A stretch of DNA of 64,000 bases from a virus. The notes below the pieces were generated by a model. It was given only the letters and a program-made list of their open reading frames with translations, did no database searches and had not been told where the DNA came from. The position numbers and the translations under genes are program-made. Shown in pieces: positions 29,773 through 40,496 of the stretch; positions within the stretch are counted from its first letter, which is position 1; each line of letters starts with the position of its first letter. Location of the stretch: IMG/VR virus record IMGVR_UViG_3300039351_000006; one strand, 5' to 3'.

Positions 29773-30714
29773 CTAGTCAATACGCGGAGCATCAAAATCA
29801 GCAGCAGTCAGCCCGAGCTCCTTGAGGTGAATATCTCGACTGGCCTTCCACATATTCTCAAGGAACTTGCGACCCATATAACGAAGAGCATCAGAGTGCT
29901 GATGACCGGCAGTCCAATAAGACTTATCAGGAGCATCGCCCTCGCCATCCCAAATAGGATGAGTAGTGGCAGTCACCTTGCGCCTATCAAGGTAAACCTG
30001 GCCATATTCAGAAATAGCGTATTGTTCCTTGAGGATGACCTTCTCACCCTTTTCATCAAGCTTGGGAGTACCGTCCTCATTTAGGACTTCAGTCTTCTTG
30101 GAGCGAATACCCGCCTTGAGCAGACCTTCCTCAATGACGTGGAGACGCTTCAGAGCCTCGGGGGAGTAACTTACCTTTTGACCACGACGGAACCGAGAAG
30201 CCTGCCAAACCACTTCACCGGTCTTCTCATCAGTGACGGGCACGGACTTCAGACCACAGTAACTAACAAGCTCACCAAACACACGAACACGGTTATCACG
30301 ATAGTGATAGAACGGGTCACCAATAACACCGATAAGGCGTCCGAACGTCTTAGCACCCACACCTTTTTGCAGAGTAAGCCAATCATAAAGCGGATAATCC
30401 TTAACCGCCTTTTCAAGCGCCTTAATAGCCTTGGACTCAGTCTCTTTAACAGAGTCACTAACGTCAATCATACGCTTCACATTAGGGTCATCATCTGGCA
30501 GACCAAGACCACGAATGACACCATCCTCATCAGCATCCTTCGTAGTCAATGCACGCAGACGATTATCAGTGGCGATACGCAAGCCTTCCATATCAGATAC
30601 AGAGCTAGCAAGCATGTTGATAATCCTATCTCCAGAAAACGGAGTAAGCCTATCCTTAATATCGGCATAGGTCATTTTAGGTTCACGAGTAACCCCACTA
30701 ACTTCGATACTCAT
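29773..30714 (-). CDS. hypothetical protein with helix-hairpin-helix-like GVGAKT...GVIGD segment
   Basis: 313 aa; motif QKGVGAKTFGRLIGVIGDPF. Confidence 0.5.
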   Translation of the reverse strand: MSIEVSGVTREPKMTYADIKDRLTPFSGDRIINMLASSVSDMEGLRIATDNRLRALTTKDADEDGVIRGLGLPDDDPNVKRMIDVSDSVKETESKAIKALEKAVKDYPLYDWLTLQKGVGAKTFGRLIGVIGDPFYHYRDNRVRVFGELVSYCGLKSVPVTDEKTGEVVWQASRFRRGQKVSYSPEALKRLHVIEEGLLKAGIRSKKTEVLNEDGTPKLDEKGEKVILKEQYAISEYGQVYLDRRKVTATTHPIWDGEGDAPDKSYWTAGHQHSDALRYMGRKFLENMWKASRDIHLKELGLTAADFDAPRID

Positions 30715-31069
30715 CGTATACTACCTTATCTACTATAGTCCACCCCGTTTGAGCAAACACATAAGTAGTATAACAAAAATCCTAAAAATACTCCTAGTTA
30801 TTCACCTAATAACACCGGCAGTTAAAGATAAAGGAGCAAGTTCCAACTCAAGAGTAATTTCAAGCCTAGACTCCCTAATTAGTTGGAGCATACGTGGGTG
30901 AGCAATAGCAAATATAAACTCATCACCATAATAGAAATTCCAGTAGAAACCATTCCTATTAAAGGCTACGCCGCCAGTAATACCCACTGCCCCACAAGCG
31001 GTAACAAGAGCGGAATTTATAACATCCCCAAAGCATTTCATCATGTCAGCAGAGCTTACACCACAACAC

Positions 31070-32600
31070 AAAAGACACGCCGAGCAACCCTAAAAATTTT
31101 CCAAAACACAAAAACAAAACCACAAACACAGACCAAAAACAACTACAGAAAATAAAGTATCCCCAACAAAAATAAAGACAGTTACCAACGCCAAAAATAA
31201 AACATCTACAACCACAAAAATATAGAATCCCTAACAAGAAAAATAACACAAACCTATCACAAAATACCTCATCCAGCAACCAAAAAATAAAGCATACACA
31301 ACAAAATACTCTCCTAAAATTAAATATAAACATCCCACTACTACACCAATAGCAGTCCACCAAATAAACAAGCATCCAAACCAGACCCAAGAGCAGCCCA
31401 CCAACCTACCCTAAAAAGCACGCCAAGCAGCCCACCATCGCCCACGGACGAAACCCGATACCCTAGGCAAGACAAGGGCTAAGAGCGGCCACAGGCGGAT
31501 ATAGACAGCATATAAGGGTAAGCCAGCCACCCAAGATAAACGCCATAGCCTACCCTAAACAACGACCATAGAAAATGCGAAAACGACAAAATACCCGTGA
31601 CCGAACACAGAGCAAATCCCAGCAAAGCAAGTCCTACCATAAACTATAGCTATTTCAGAGTAAGAATCCTACAGACAAAACACAAAACATTTCTACACGG
31701 CAACAAACAAAATCCCTACTACCCTATTTACCTAATCACCCAACGTAATATAGGAGAAATACACCCACCACGACCAATTAACCAACAGTCAAAGCAGTCA
31801 TCCTCAAGCTAAATAACCACAAAATAACAGACACAATAATTCTATAAAACCTAAGACAATCCTATAATAAGAAACCAATAAAAAGCACCCATTATCCAAT
31901 AGTTAAACAAGACATAAAATAGTCCCTATCCAACCAGTAATAGTCACTATCTAAAAACAACCCAAAATAATAGTTCCTAACCAACTATAAATAATCACTA
32001 ACCAAAATAAAAACAAGATATTTACCGAAATAATACTCCCTAACCAACTATAAATAATTACTATCTAACATAAATCCAAGGCAAATACCTAAATAATAAT
32101 TGCCAACCAAAAACTAATACTTCGAAACCAACGAAAACAAGCATTCTGATACCCAACAAAACCGGCACCAAAATACCCTACTCAGACACTTAGTAAACCC
32201 TAAAACCAAAGACACCGAACAAGCAACCATCCGCTAATAACCTACAGTATTTACACACCAAAAACCAGACGTATTAAACGCAAAACGAATGTAAAAACAA
32301 CCATAGAACCCCAATAATTATACAAGTAATTTAATACTTATAATCCAAAGTATAATAGTGCCTATCCAAATATAGACAATAACACTTTTCACAACAAACA
32401 ACATAAAACAAAAGGGTAGGCCTTAAATAAAAGGTCTACCCCATCATATAAACAACTAAATACTCATCATCTACATACTAAAACTCATCAACCGAAACAT
32501 CATCAATATAATAATCAGCAACCAAAGACAAATACTTTCTAACCAAAAACAACCAATCTTTAATATGTAAAAATACCCAAGAGGACTGAATATATCAGCC
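31070..32600. other. ORF-free region with extreme strand compositional asymmetry (plus strand almost only A and C)
   Basis: Plus strand is dominated by A and C, with G and T scarce; the only ORF (31046..31390 minus) is a low-complexity F/C/L/V/G/W artefact of the G/T-rich complement. Confidence 0.7.
31915..32075. repeat. three iteron-like direct repeats (~45 bp, consensus approx. CCCTA(A/T)CCAAC(C/T)A(G/T)TAA(A)TA(A/G)T(C/T)ACTA)
   Basis: aatagtccctatccaaccagtaatagtcactatcta / aatagttcctaaccaactataaataatcactaacc / aatactccctaaccaactataaataattactatcta spaced ~55-60 bp. Confidence 0.5.
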
Positions 32601-32604
32601 TATC

Positions 32605-33093
32605 CTAAAAAGCATCATACACATACAGCAACCGTCCATCCTTGACAAAAGGTATTGCACAAACCTTGTCTTCAGGCAGGTACGCAGTCTTATTATCTAT
32701 AAGATACAACTCAGAAATGTACTTTTCACCCTTAGGCAGTTTATACAAAACCACCAAGAAAACAACAGACACCAGCAATACTGCCAAACCAACGAAACCG
32801 ATCTTGACAAACAACCTAGACCATCTTAGCACCAAGGCGTTCATACCGAACACGAAGGAAACCAGACCAAACAAGCACAGCATCCAAGATACACAAGTAG
32901 ATATTACCCTAACAGCAGTACCCAAGGAATAGGAGCCCTTTTTGCTCTTAAGAACAACCAGAGACCTTGAAATACACACCACAAGAATTAACACAACAGC
33001 AAGTAAAGCAAGCAACCCTATAACATCAAGTGCACCTAGAAAAAAGGCACCTTTCCTACCCTTGCCGACAGTGGTATAAATATACTCAAACAT
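32605..33093 (-). CDS. polytopic membrane protein
   Basis: 162 aa, four hydrophobic helices. Confidence 0.5.
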   Translation of the reverse strand: MFEYIYTTVGKGRKGAFFLGALDVIGLLALLAVVLILVVCISRSLVVLKSKKGSYSLGTAVRVISTCVSWMLCLFGLVSFVFGMNALVLRWSRLFVKIGFVGLAVLLVSVVFLVVLYKLPKGEKYISELYLIDNKTAYLPEDKVCAIPFVKDGRLLYVYDAF

Positions 33094-33145
33094 GACAAAT
33101 CCTTAAACAAAAAGGTGGATAGCATACACTATCCACCAAGATATT

Positions 33146-34093
33146 TTACTCTTCAGCAGTATTAGAACCGCTTGCTGTCTCCAGCGCGGACACCATTTGA
33201 CCATACAAATCAGAATACCCACCTGGCGTACCGAAAGGCAGAACCACGGTCTTAGCACCCTCGCTTTCAGCCAGTTTACGAGTGACATCCAGATACTGGT
33301 TGAAGAGAACCACGTTATTCACTTCAGTAATATCCATACCAGCCTGTTGTAGGGTCTTAATCTGGTCAACGATACCGTTAGCAATCTCACGACGGTAATT
33401 AGCCTGACCCTCACCTTGCAAACGAGTCTCTTCTGCTTCAGCCGCAGCTTGTGTTTCAATTTCGATACGTTGAGCCTCGGCACGCTGACGAGTGGCCTCC
33501 TTTTCACGCTGAGCCGCATTAATAGAGTCCATAGCATCCTTAACGGCAGTAGACGGGTCAACAGAGGTCACCAAAGTTCTGACTACGGTAAAACCATACC
33601 GACTCATTTCGTCTCCAACAGTATGTTGAACATCCTGAGCTACATCATCCCTACGAGAGTACACATCGTCCAAGGACATAGCAGGGATAGCCGAACGTAA
33701 AGCATCCTCCATATAAGACTTTATCTGAGCACGCGGGTCTTGCAGCTCATAATAAGCAGTAGCCACATCATTAGGCAATACCCTGAACTGAGTGCTAGCT
33801 TTAATAGTCACAAAGACGTTATCAAGAGTCTTAGTTTCCAAAGTAACATCTAGCTGACTAACACGCAAATTGGTCTTGGACGCAATAGCATCAATAAAAG
33901 GAATCCTTACATGAATACCCGCCTTGGATACCTTATGAAACCTACCAAGTCTTTCAATAATATAAGCACCCTGCTGCGGCACGATATACACAGTACTCCC
34001 AGCAAGCAACAGCAGGACAACGATAGCAACAACCGCCGAAACCATAATAAACCTCCAAAAACAATATGAGGCCGAGCGCCAGCCCGACCTCAT
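33146..34093 (-). CDS. SPFH/band-7 (stomatin/prohibitin-like) membrane protein with C-terminal coiled coil
   Basis: N-terminal TM then VPQQGAYIIERLGRFHKV...GIHVRIPFID...LDVTLETKTLDNVFVTIKAS typical of the SPFH fold. Confidence 0.7.
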   Translation of the reverse strand: MRSGWRSASYCFWRFIMVSAVVAIVVLLLLAGSTVYIVPQQGAYIIERLGRFHKVSKAGIHVRIPFIDAIASKTNLRVSQLDVTLETKTLDNVFVTIKASTQFRVLPNDVATAYYELQDPRAQIKSYMEDALRSAIPAMSLDDVYSRRDDVAQDVQHTVGDEMSRYGFTVVRTLVTSVDPSTAVKDAMDSINAAQREKEATRQRAEAQRIEIETQAAAEAEETRLQGEGQANYRREIANGIVDQIKTLQQAGMDITEVNNVVLFNQYLDVTRKLAESEGAKTVVLPFGTPGGYSDLYGQMVSALETASGSNTAEE

Positions 34094-34137
34094 ATAATTA
34101 ACTAGTCACAAAACCAGTACTACCACACAAGGCAGTA

Positions 34138-36876
34138 TCAGGCCTGCTGCTTATTCTTCAGAATAGTGACGCCAGCACCAAGAGCCGCCAGCGAAACCGT
34201 CAGGATAACCATGGCAGTGGAATCCACACCGGTAGAGGCCAGATTCTCACCGGAAGCAGTTGCATGGTTAACCGTGTCAGCAGCCTTAGAAACAGCCTCT
34301 TCCGAGGTGGTCTGAATACCCTTGTCCTGAGACTTTGCAGGAGTCACAATCACGCCAGTCGGCTTGGCTGCGGCATCTTCCTTGTTAGTGGACGGCTTTT
34401 CACCCTCAGTGTTGCCGACTTCAGGAGTCTTACCATCAAGCTTATCCTTGATAGCCTGAAGCTCCTTCAGGGTCTTGGTGGACTTAGCAAGCTTGGCAAT
34501 AGCGTCATTAAGCTTGTCGTTCGCCGCCTGAAGCTTGACCTCAGCATCCTGAAGAGCCTTAATCTTATTATTCAGCTCATCAGTAGCATTAGCACTGGTG
34601 ACCTTGGCGAAATCATACTCCTTAAGAGCCTTCTGGTAAGCATCCTGAGCTTCCTTCAGAGCCTTCTCCGCACCCGCAAGCTTAGCCTGAGCATCCGGCA
34701 GGATGGAGGCGTCAGCCTTGATTTCATCAAGCTTAGCCTGTGCATCCTGCAGGGTCTTCAGCATGGCAGACAGGTTCTTCTTAGCCGCAGCTGTATTATC
34801 CTTCTTCAGAGCGAGCTTGGCAGCCTCATCCTGTGCGGTCTGAACAGCCTTAGCATAGGAGTCCTCAGCGGTCTTCTGTTCCTGCTTGGCAGCATCCAGC
34901 TTCGACTGAGCTTCATCAGCCTTGGTCTGCTTTGCCTTGACGTCGTTTTCAAGATTAGTCAGGTAATCAGGAGAGTTCACCTTATCAGAGTTGGCCTGAG
35001 CGTCCTTGAGCTTGGCATTAGCCGCATCAAGAGCAGCCTTAGCAGCATTACTTTCCTCCTGGGCCTTATCATAGGCAGTCTTAGCTGCGTCATACTTCTT
35101 CTGTGCCTGCTGAATACCCGCAGAGCTGCTAGTGTTGAGAGCCTTAACATAGGAGTTGACCAAATTAGTAAACCCAGCGGTAGTGTAGGACGGCGTATCC
35201 CAAGAACCGTCAAACGCGGCAATACCGTCGCCAACACCGAAACCGAAGGAGCTGATACCACCACTAATAAGATTAAGGTAATGACCAATCGACGTGTAAT
35301 TAGTAGTGCCGGACTCAGCAAGATTCTTCTCAGCTGTGTACCAGCCGGTAAACGGCCAAGAATTGCCGAGCTTCTCCTCCTCTTCTTCTGTCAGTTGCGG
35401 TCCGTTGTTCCACTGCGCATCGTAGGCCTTCTGCCACAGGTCAACATCAGTAGTGCCTGTGTATTCTCCATAGACACCGTTTGCAATATTCTCATTGGCA
35501 GGGAACATACCGGAATGACCCAAGTCCACCTGGCCGGAGTACGAAGTGTTCATCATAGCCATTACCATGGCAGAGAGGCTAATACCCAACTCGTTGAGGC
35601 CGTTCTTCTTACGAATGGCATTAACAGCATCAAAGTAGGTAAGAGCATTCTGCAAGCCAACAATGGAAGTACCGTCTTCCTTATCAGCGGTATTCACCTT
35701 ATCGAACCATGAAAGCTTGCTGCCTTCATATACGCCAGTGGTGAGCAGCTTATAAGCGGAAGTTGCATCATCCTTCTGCGCCTGAGTAGCGGAGGGATCA
35801 TTCATGACACTTTCAAGCAGGCCTGCGAAACCCTTATTGACCTTGGCTTGGTCAACACCGGTTCCCGGTTCCTTCTTGGCGTCATCAAGAGCCTTCTTTG
35901 CTGCATCCAGAGACTTCTGCGCTGCGTCTTCGGCCTCCTTCTTAGTGTTGTAATCACCTTGAGCCTTCACCTGGTTGACCTTGGCATCAGCCAGCTCCTG
36001 AACCGCCTTGTCAACCTGACCCTGATGGTTGGTCTTCGCATCCTCCAGAGTCTTCTGGGCTTCGGCAGCCTGCTTATCAGCTTCAGCCTTGTTAGCAGTT
36101 GCAGTCTCAACCTTCTGAATTGCCTGCTGCCGAATACCCGCTGCTGTGTCCTTCTGCTGATTTGCGGCATCAGTCTTGGCCTGCTGCTCAGCCTCTTCCT
36201 TCTGAGCAGTATCAGCAGCAGTCTGGCCGGCATTCACATCCGCCTGCACCTGATCGACCTTGTCCTGCTGGGCGGTCACATCCTCCTGAGCGGCATGCTC
36301 TTCACCCTGAACCTTATTCAGGTTGTCCTGAGCCTGAGCAACCTGCTCTTCCTGAGCCTGCTGCACCTGCTGTGCCTGCTGAGCTGCCTGCTGTGCGGCC
36401 TGCTCAGCCGCCTGAGCCTGCTGAGCTTGCTGCTGCGCTGCTTCCTGCTGCGCCTGAACTTGCTGTTGCGCTTGCTGGGCTGCCGCCTGCTCTTGCTGAG
36501 CCTGCTGCTGCGCCTGAGTATCGGCATTCACCTGCTGCTGAGCAACATCAATCTGCTGCTGCACAACCTGAGAAGCCTGCTCCTGAGGCGTAACCGCCTT
36601 CATGTCCTGAATAGCCTGCTGAGCCTGTTCAGGAGTGACCTCCTGAACCTGCTGGGGCTGTTCAACCTTATTATTGGCAGTGGTAGTGGCCTCGTCAGCC
36701 ATTGCAACACCTGGAGTTGCAAGAGTAGCAAATGCAGTCGCAAAAGCGACACCCTTGAGAGCGGAAATCTTATTATTCTTAGCCAAAACTGACCTCCTAT
36801 AACCTGTTCTACTATTTCTATACAGAAGCGACCCCAAATCAAACCACTTCAGCCGCAACCTAAACAAGCATAACAA
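34138..36876 (-). CDS. sortase-anchored surface protein: signal peptide, long Q/A/E-rich coiled-coil stalk, CAP/SCP-like domain, C-terminal LAXTG sorting signal
   Basis: Signal peptide KISALKGVAFATAFATLATPGVAMA; CAP-like motifs NENIANG and IGHYLNLISGG; C-terminus LASTG + hydrophobic stretch + KNKQQA. Confidence 0.7.
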   Translation of the reverse strand: MLCLFRLRLKWFDLGSLLYRNSRTGYRRSVLAKNNKISALKGVAFATAFATLATPGVAMADEATTTANNKVEQPQQVQEVTPEQAQQAIQDMKAVTPQEQASQVVQQQIDVAQQQVNADTQAQQQAQQEQAAAQQAQQQVQAQQEAAQQQAQQAQAAEQAAQQAAQQAQQVQQAQEEQVAQAQDNLNKVQGEEHAAQEDVTAQQDKVDQVQADVNAGQTAADTAQKEEAEQQAKTDAANQQKDTAAGIRQQAIQKVETATANKAEADKQAAEAQKTLEDAKTNHQGQVDKAVQELADAKVNQVKAQGDYNTKKEAEDAAQKSLDAAKKALDDAKKEPGTGVDQAKVNKGFAGLLESVMNDPSATQAQKDDATSAYKLLTTGVYEGSKLSWFDKVNTADKEDGTSIVGLQNALTYFDAVNAIRKKNGLNELGISLSAMVMAMMNTSYSGQVDLGHSGMFPANENIANGVYGEYTGTTDVDLWQKAYDAQWNNGPQLTEEEEEKLGNSWPFTGWYTAEKNLAESGTTNYTSIGHYLNLISGGISSFGFGVGDGIAAFDGSWDTPSYTTAGFTNLVNSYVKALNTSSSAGIQQAQKKYDAAKTAYDKAQEESNAAKAALDAANAKLKDAQANSDKVNSPDYLTNLENDVKAKQTKADEAQSKLDAAKQEQKTAEDSYAKAVQTAQDEAAKLALKKDNTAAAKKNLSAMLKTLQDAQAKLDEIKADASILPDAQAKLAGAEKALKEAQDAYQKALKEYDFAKVTSANATDELNNKIKALQDAEVKLQAANDKLNDAIAKLAKSTKTLKELQAIKDKLDGKTPEVGNTEGEKPSTNKEDAAAKPTGVIVTPAKSQDKGIQTTSEEAVSKAADTVNHATASGENLASTGVDSTAMVILTVSLAALGAGVTILKNKQQA

Positions 36877-37019
36877 CTATTTACAAAATAAGACTAAAGA
36901 TTCAGAATAAACTTCTTGACTTCCACGAAACAATATAGTATTGGCAGTCCTTTACCCTTCACCACCATCCCTACACGCCCATAAGCCGTCACCACAAGGA
37001 CACCGCAACCACCGAACAT

Positions 37020-37056
37020 ACGCAAAAAGGCCGCCAGCAGCCCCGCCAGCGGCCTA
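37020..37056 (-). terminator. intrinsic terminator between gene 37146..37592 and the surface-protein gene
   Basis: Stem AGGCCGC/GCGGCCT (15-nt loop) followed on the minus strand by TTTTTGCG. Confidence 0.45.
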
Positions 37057-37145
37057 ATACCCCGAACGGCACGCCCTACACGGACAAGCGATAAAAGCCC
37101 CGCAGAGCGGCCATAGTGCACGTTTTCATGCAACCAGAAAATTAG

Positions 37146-37592
37146 CTATGCAACACAACTCATATCAGAAGCGTACACAACGTAGTCTTCACCTAGCAAC
37201 TTTCTATATCTTTTAGCTGTCTTATTGGACATGTCCCAAAGATCATAAAAATCCAACTCATAAACCAAAGCCACTGTTTGAATACCCCACCTTTTACGTG
37301 TTGTAAGAAAGCTCTCTATTTCTTCGCCTTCTACCGCACTTACAACCAGCAGCACGTCAGTGTAGTCATCCAAGGCCTTCTCCAAATCGCCCATACTTGT
37401 AACAGGAGCAGACCATTTACCATCAACACTACTCACGTGCAGAACTCTCTCTTGGTCCGACCAATACGCATAAGTCCTATCATGCAATACCCATGATGAT
37501 ATCATATCCGAGAACAAGGTGTCGTTATAATTTACCCAAACCACATTCTTCTTCTCTTGGAAAATATCACAGCACAACGAAAAAGATGACAT
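37146..37592 (-). CDS. hypothetical protein
   Basis: 148-aa ORF. Confidence 0.5.
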   Translation of the reverse strand: MSSFSLCCDIFQEKKNVVWVNYNDTLFSDMISSWVLHDRTYAYWSDQERVLHVSSVDGKWSAPVTSMGDLEKALDDYTDVLLVVSAVEGEEIESFLTTRKRWGIQTVALVYELDFYDLWDMSNKTAKRYRKLLGEDYVVYASDMSCVA

Positions 37593-37662
37593 TTTTCCTC
37601 CTACATAACAATAAGGCCTGACCCACTGCTAGGTCAGGCCTTTCATTCCTCATCCTTCTAAA

Positions 37663-37930
37663 TTATTCTTCTGAAGCGGTAAGACTCTTCAACGTTACAT
37701 CAGTAACATTGCAGCCAAGTGGAATCATCTCAAACGTCTGAGCAAACTCCTTGACAGCAAGAACCAGATTACGAACACCAGTAGTTTTCACCTGAATAGC
37801 TTGATGTAGAACTTCTACGTTCACCCTACTCATGCCGAGAGTTTTACCGACATAGGTAGCGACAATCTTAGCATTGCCCTCTGGCAATGTTTCGGTGCCC
37901 ATAGTCATTACCACTTTATAGGTTTTTGAT
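37663..37930 (-). CDS. hypothetical small protein (likely start MASKTYKVV; track ORF 37663..38049 over-extends into the upstream gene)
   Basis: Internal Met just after the stop of 37916..38770. Confidence 0.4.
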
Positions 37931-38770
37931 GCCATAACGTTCCTCATAATCTTTCTGAACAGCCTGCATAAGCCTGTGCTGGAACTCCAAACGAAGCTTA
38001 TCCTGGTCAACGGTATTATGACGTTCAATGAGGCCTTGCACACCCTCAATACCTTTCAAAGGCGTTGGGTCTATCAACCTGCCACGCTCGTCATACAAAC
38101 ATCTTACCAGAATATCACCAAAGGTTAAACCCCTCTTCAGAGAAAAACCAAACTCCCCCGGAAACACAGATGTGTACGCCAAATCGATTCTCGAACCCGC
38201 CAAGGGCTCACCTCTATCAAGCTTTGCGTAAACGCGCCAATACCCGTTCTTCTTATGATAGAGGTACATCATGTTTTGACCACGGGTTAATACCCAGCTA
38301 ACGCCTCTTGTGTAATCGTCTCGGAATCTTAAACCGCCAAGGAACACACCGGAAAAACCATCAGAATAACCGTTAATACTTTCTGTGTAGTTATTAAACT
38401 GAAGCCAAACACCCTTCGGGCTTTCATTCCAGTATGATTTCATGTCCAATTTATAGGTGAGAGCTACGGGATTGCCACCCTTGCCATCCGCCAATTCATC
38501 AGAATAATCCATGTGGTCAACCAGAAAAGCCCATACTTTTCTTCCACCGAGGGATACTTTCACACCACCAGACAGAACTGCGAATTCCCCATCTTTGGTA
38601 AGGCCTTGGATTTTCTCGTCCATCAGTATTACGTCACCCGCACGCAGCTTCTCTATTGAGGGAACCAAATCCCACTGCACCGTAGAAACAGCCTCTGCCA
38701 AAGCACGGTGATAAGGAGTTACGGAAACCGTACTATTATACTCAGCTGTATTTTTAGTGAATTTCAACAT
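37916..38770 (-). CDS. hypothetical protein
   Basis: 284-aa ORF. Confidence 0.5.
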   Translation of the reverse strand: MLKFTKNTAEYNSTVSVTPYHRALAEAVSTVQWDLVPSIEKLRAGDVILMDEKIQGLTKDGEFAVLSGGVKVSLGGRKVWAFLVDHMDYSDELADGKGGNPVALTYKLDMKSYWNESPKGVWLQFNNYTESINGYSDGFSGVFLGGLRFRDDYTRGVSWVLTRGQNMMYLYHKKNGYWRVYAKLDRGEPLAGSRIDLAYTSVFPGEFGFSLKRGLTFGDILVRCLYDERGRLIDPTPLKGIEGVQGLIERHNTVDQDKLRLEFQHRLMQAVQKDYEERYGIKNL

Positions 38771-38772
38771 GA

Positions 38773-39270
38773 TTAAATACCCTTAAGCACGGCAGGAAAG
38801 ACGGTGGTCTCATCCAAGCTATCAGTGAATACCCTATTCTCTGTGTTTTTGCCCACGTTTGTGATTAAGTCGTGGATATGACTTGTCAGGCTTTCAAAAG
38901 TGTAGCCTTCATGCTTCTCATACTCTTTGTTAAAGTCATCAAAGACATTCTTATAGAGCAAATCCGCCGTGATATCCAACACGTCATCAAGACTCTTGTA
39001 AATATCAGGCAACTTATTAATATTGCCAACAATTGAGTCAACTGCTCTGTCTCGACCAATGACATAGACAGCAGTAAAATTAGCATTGTCTTTAAGACTG
39101 TTAAAACCATCAGCAATCTCAGTTAGTGTTTTGCCACCATCAAGCTTGACACCAGCGGATACCCTACCATATCCAGCGAACTTTCTAACTTCCATAAACT
39201 TTCTCCTAACGGAACCGACACTACAGGTCTTCACGACAACTATAATACTATTATATGATACTAATCCCAA
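38773..39270 (-). CDS. hypothetical protein
   Basis: 165-aa ORF. Confidence 0.5.
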   Translation of the reverse strand: MGLVSYNSIIVVVKTCSVGSVRRKFMEVRKFAGYGRVSAGVKLDGGKTLTEIADGFNSLKDNANFTAVYVIGRDRAVDSIVGNINKLPDIYKSLDDVLDITADLLYKNVFDDFNKEYEKHEGYTFESLTSHIHDLITNVGKNTENRVFTDSLDETTVFPAVLKGI

Positions 39271-40448
39271 TCATCAGAGGTATCACGGTAGGGGTCATGC
39301 AAGCCAAAACCTACTTGACCCACGGCCTCCTCCTTGCACTTTTTAGAAAGATTCTTCAGAAACAGCGCTCTGGCAACATCCGTATTACCAGCTGTCTTTT
39401 CAGCGGGCTGCGACAGCAGATAAGACGTAATTGTCTTTAGGAATTTTTGACGCATATCAGTTAAATTCTGAAAAGTATTGCTTTTACGCCAAGGAGCATT
39501 AACTCTTGTGCTTGTTGCAAGCGTACCAAAATTAAACTGGCACACGCGCCTATCTGAAAGATTCTCCTCCATGTTGGACACGTCATAGAGAGCATACATG
39601 TTACTGCCTGTTGTCGACCAATTATAATACCCTAGGACGCTTCCAAGAGTGGAGTCCAATACCCTGAAAGTATTTCTCTCGTTAAGGGAGTTCACCCAAT
39701 CCTGAAGAGAGAACCAGCCAGTTTCAACTGTGACACCGGCATTCACATCCTGGGAAATGTTATCATATTCTTCCTCCGAGGTAAAGCAACTTCTGTCTTT
39801 AATCATTCTTTCGGCTGGTAGCATACCAAGATTGGCGAAGTCACCACCATTTTTGAAAAAGACCTCGTTATCAAATAGCATAAAGCTAGTGCAGTTAACA
39901 TCTTTTTCTATGGGCGAATACCCTAAGAGGGGATCCCAATCGCTACTATATGTGCAGTACGACCATTTCCCGTCTTTCCTATTAAATAAGTTGCATCCAT
40001 TAATAGGCAGGGGCACTTCATAGAAGCCGTCACTCAGCACGTCTTTGAATCTGGCGCCACCCATGAACTCATCTTTGATATTGAAATTACTCCTGAAGAG
40101 GCCACTAACACCACTCATAGGAAGATAATGCGTACTGGTGTATTCCTGCCTGGGCATTAGAATTACACCGTCTTTAATCCTCTTGGCTATTTGACAACCA
40201 AACACATCACCGTCGATACAAGCCGAGTCAAAGAGCTTTCTTTCCCTCTCTGTAAGGCCTTTGAGGAAGATTATGTCACCATCTTTCAGGCTATCATAAT
40301 CGCCCACAATACCCCAAGGGTACGCACGGAGGGCATACTCCACACCGGTGCCAGAGGTGTCCCCACTTCTCAACAGGGCTATGTTATCCCCAGAAAACAA
40401 GGCATCTTTGTATACCTTTTTAGGTATTAACTCAACTATGATGGCCAT
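39261..40448 (-). CDS. hypothetical protein
   Basis: 395-aa ORF. Confidence 0.5.
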   Translation of the reverse strand: MAIIVELIPKKVYKDALFSGDNIALLRSGDTSGTGVEYALRAYPWGIVGDYDSLKDGDIIFLKGLTERERKLFDSACIDGDVFGCQIAKRIKDGVILMPRQEYTSTHYLPMSGVSGLFRSNFNIKDEFMGGARFKDVLSDGFYEVPLPINGCNLFNRKDGKWSYCTYSSDWDPLLGYSPIEKDVNCTSFMLFDNEVFFKNGGDFANLGMLPAERMIKDRSCFTSEEEYDNISQDVNAGVTVETGWFSLQDWVNSLNERNTFRVLDSTLGSVLGYYNWSTTGSNMYALYDVSNMEENLSDRRVCQFNFGTLATSTRVNAPWRKSNTFQNLTDMRQKFLKTITSYLLSQPAEKTAGNTDVARALFLKNLSKKCKEEAVGQVGFGLHDPYRDTSDDWD

Positions 40449-40496
40449 TTTATTCTTCCTTATACGACGAAGGCGGGTGCGATTGCACCCGCCGTA

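Noticed and set aside
29773-30714. IS110-family transposase
   Set aside because: Only the helix-hairpin-helix-like GVGAKT...GD segment resembles IS110 C-domains. The N-terminal DEDD/RuvC-like catalytic domain is absent and there are no flanking inverted repeats.
31046-31390. 114-aa minus-strand ORF inside the A/C-rich block
   Set aside because: Its composition (F, C, L, V, G, W only) simply reflects the G/T-rich complementary strand. It has no start context and is not credible as a gene.
36894-37133. 79-aa ORF in the GC-rich spacer upstream of the surface-protein gene
   Set aside because: It overlaps a terminator hairpin and has Ala/Gly/Arg-rich composition typical of a GC-rich non-coding frame.
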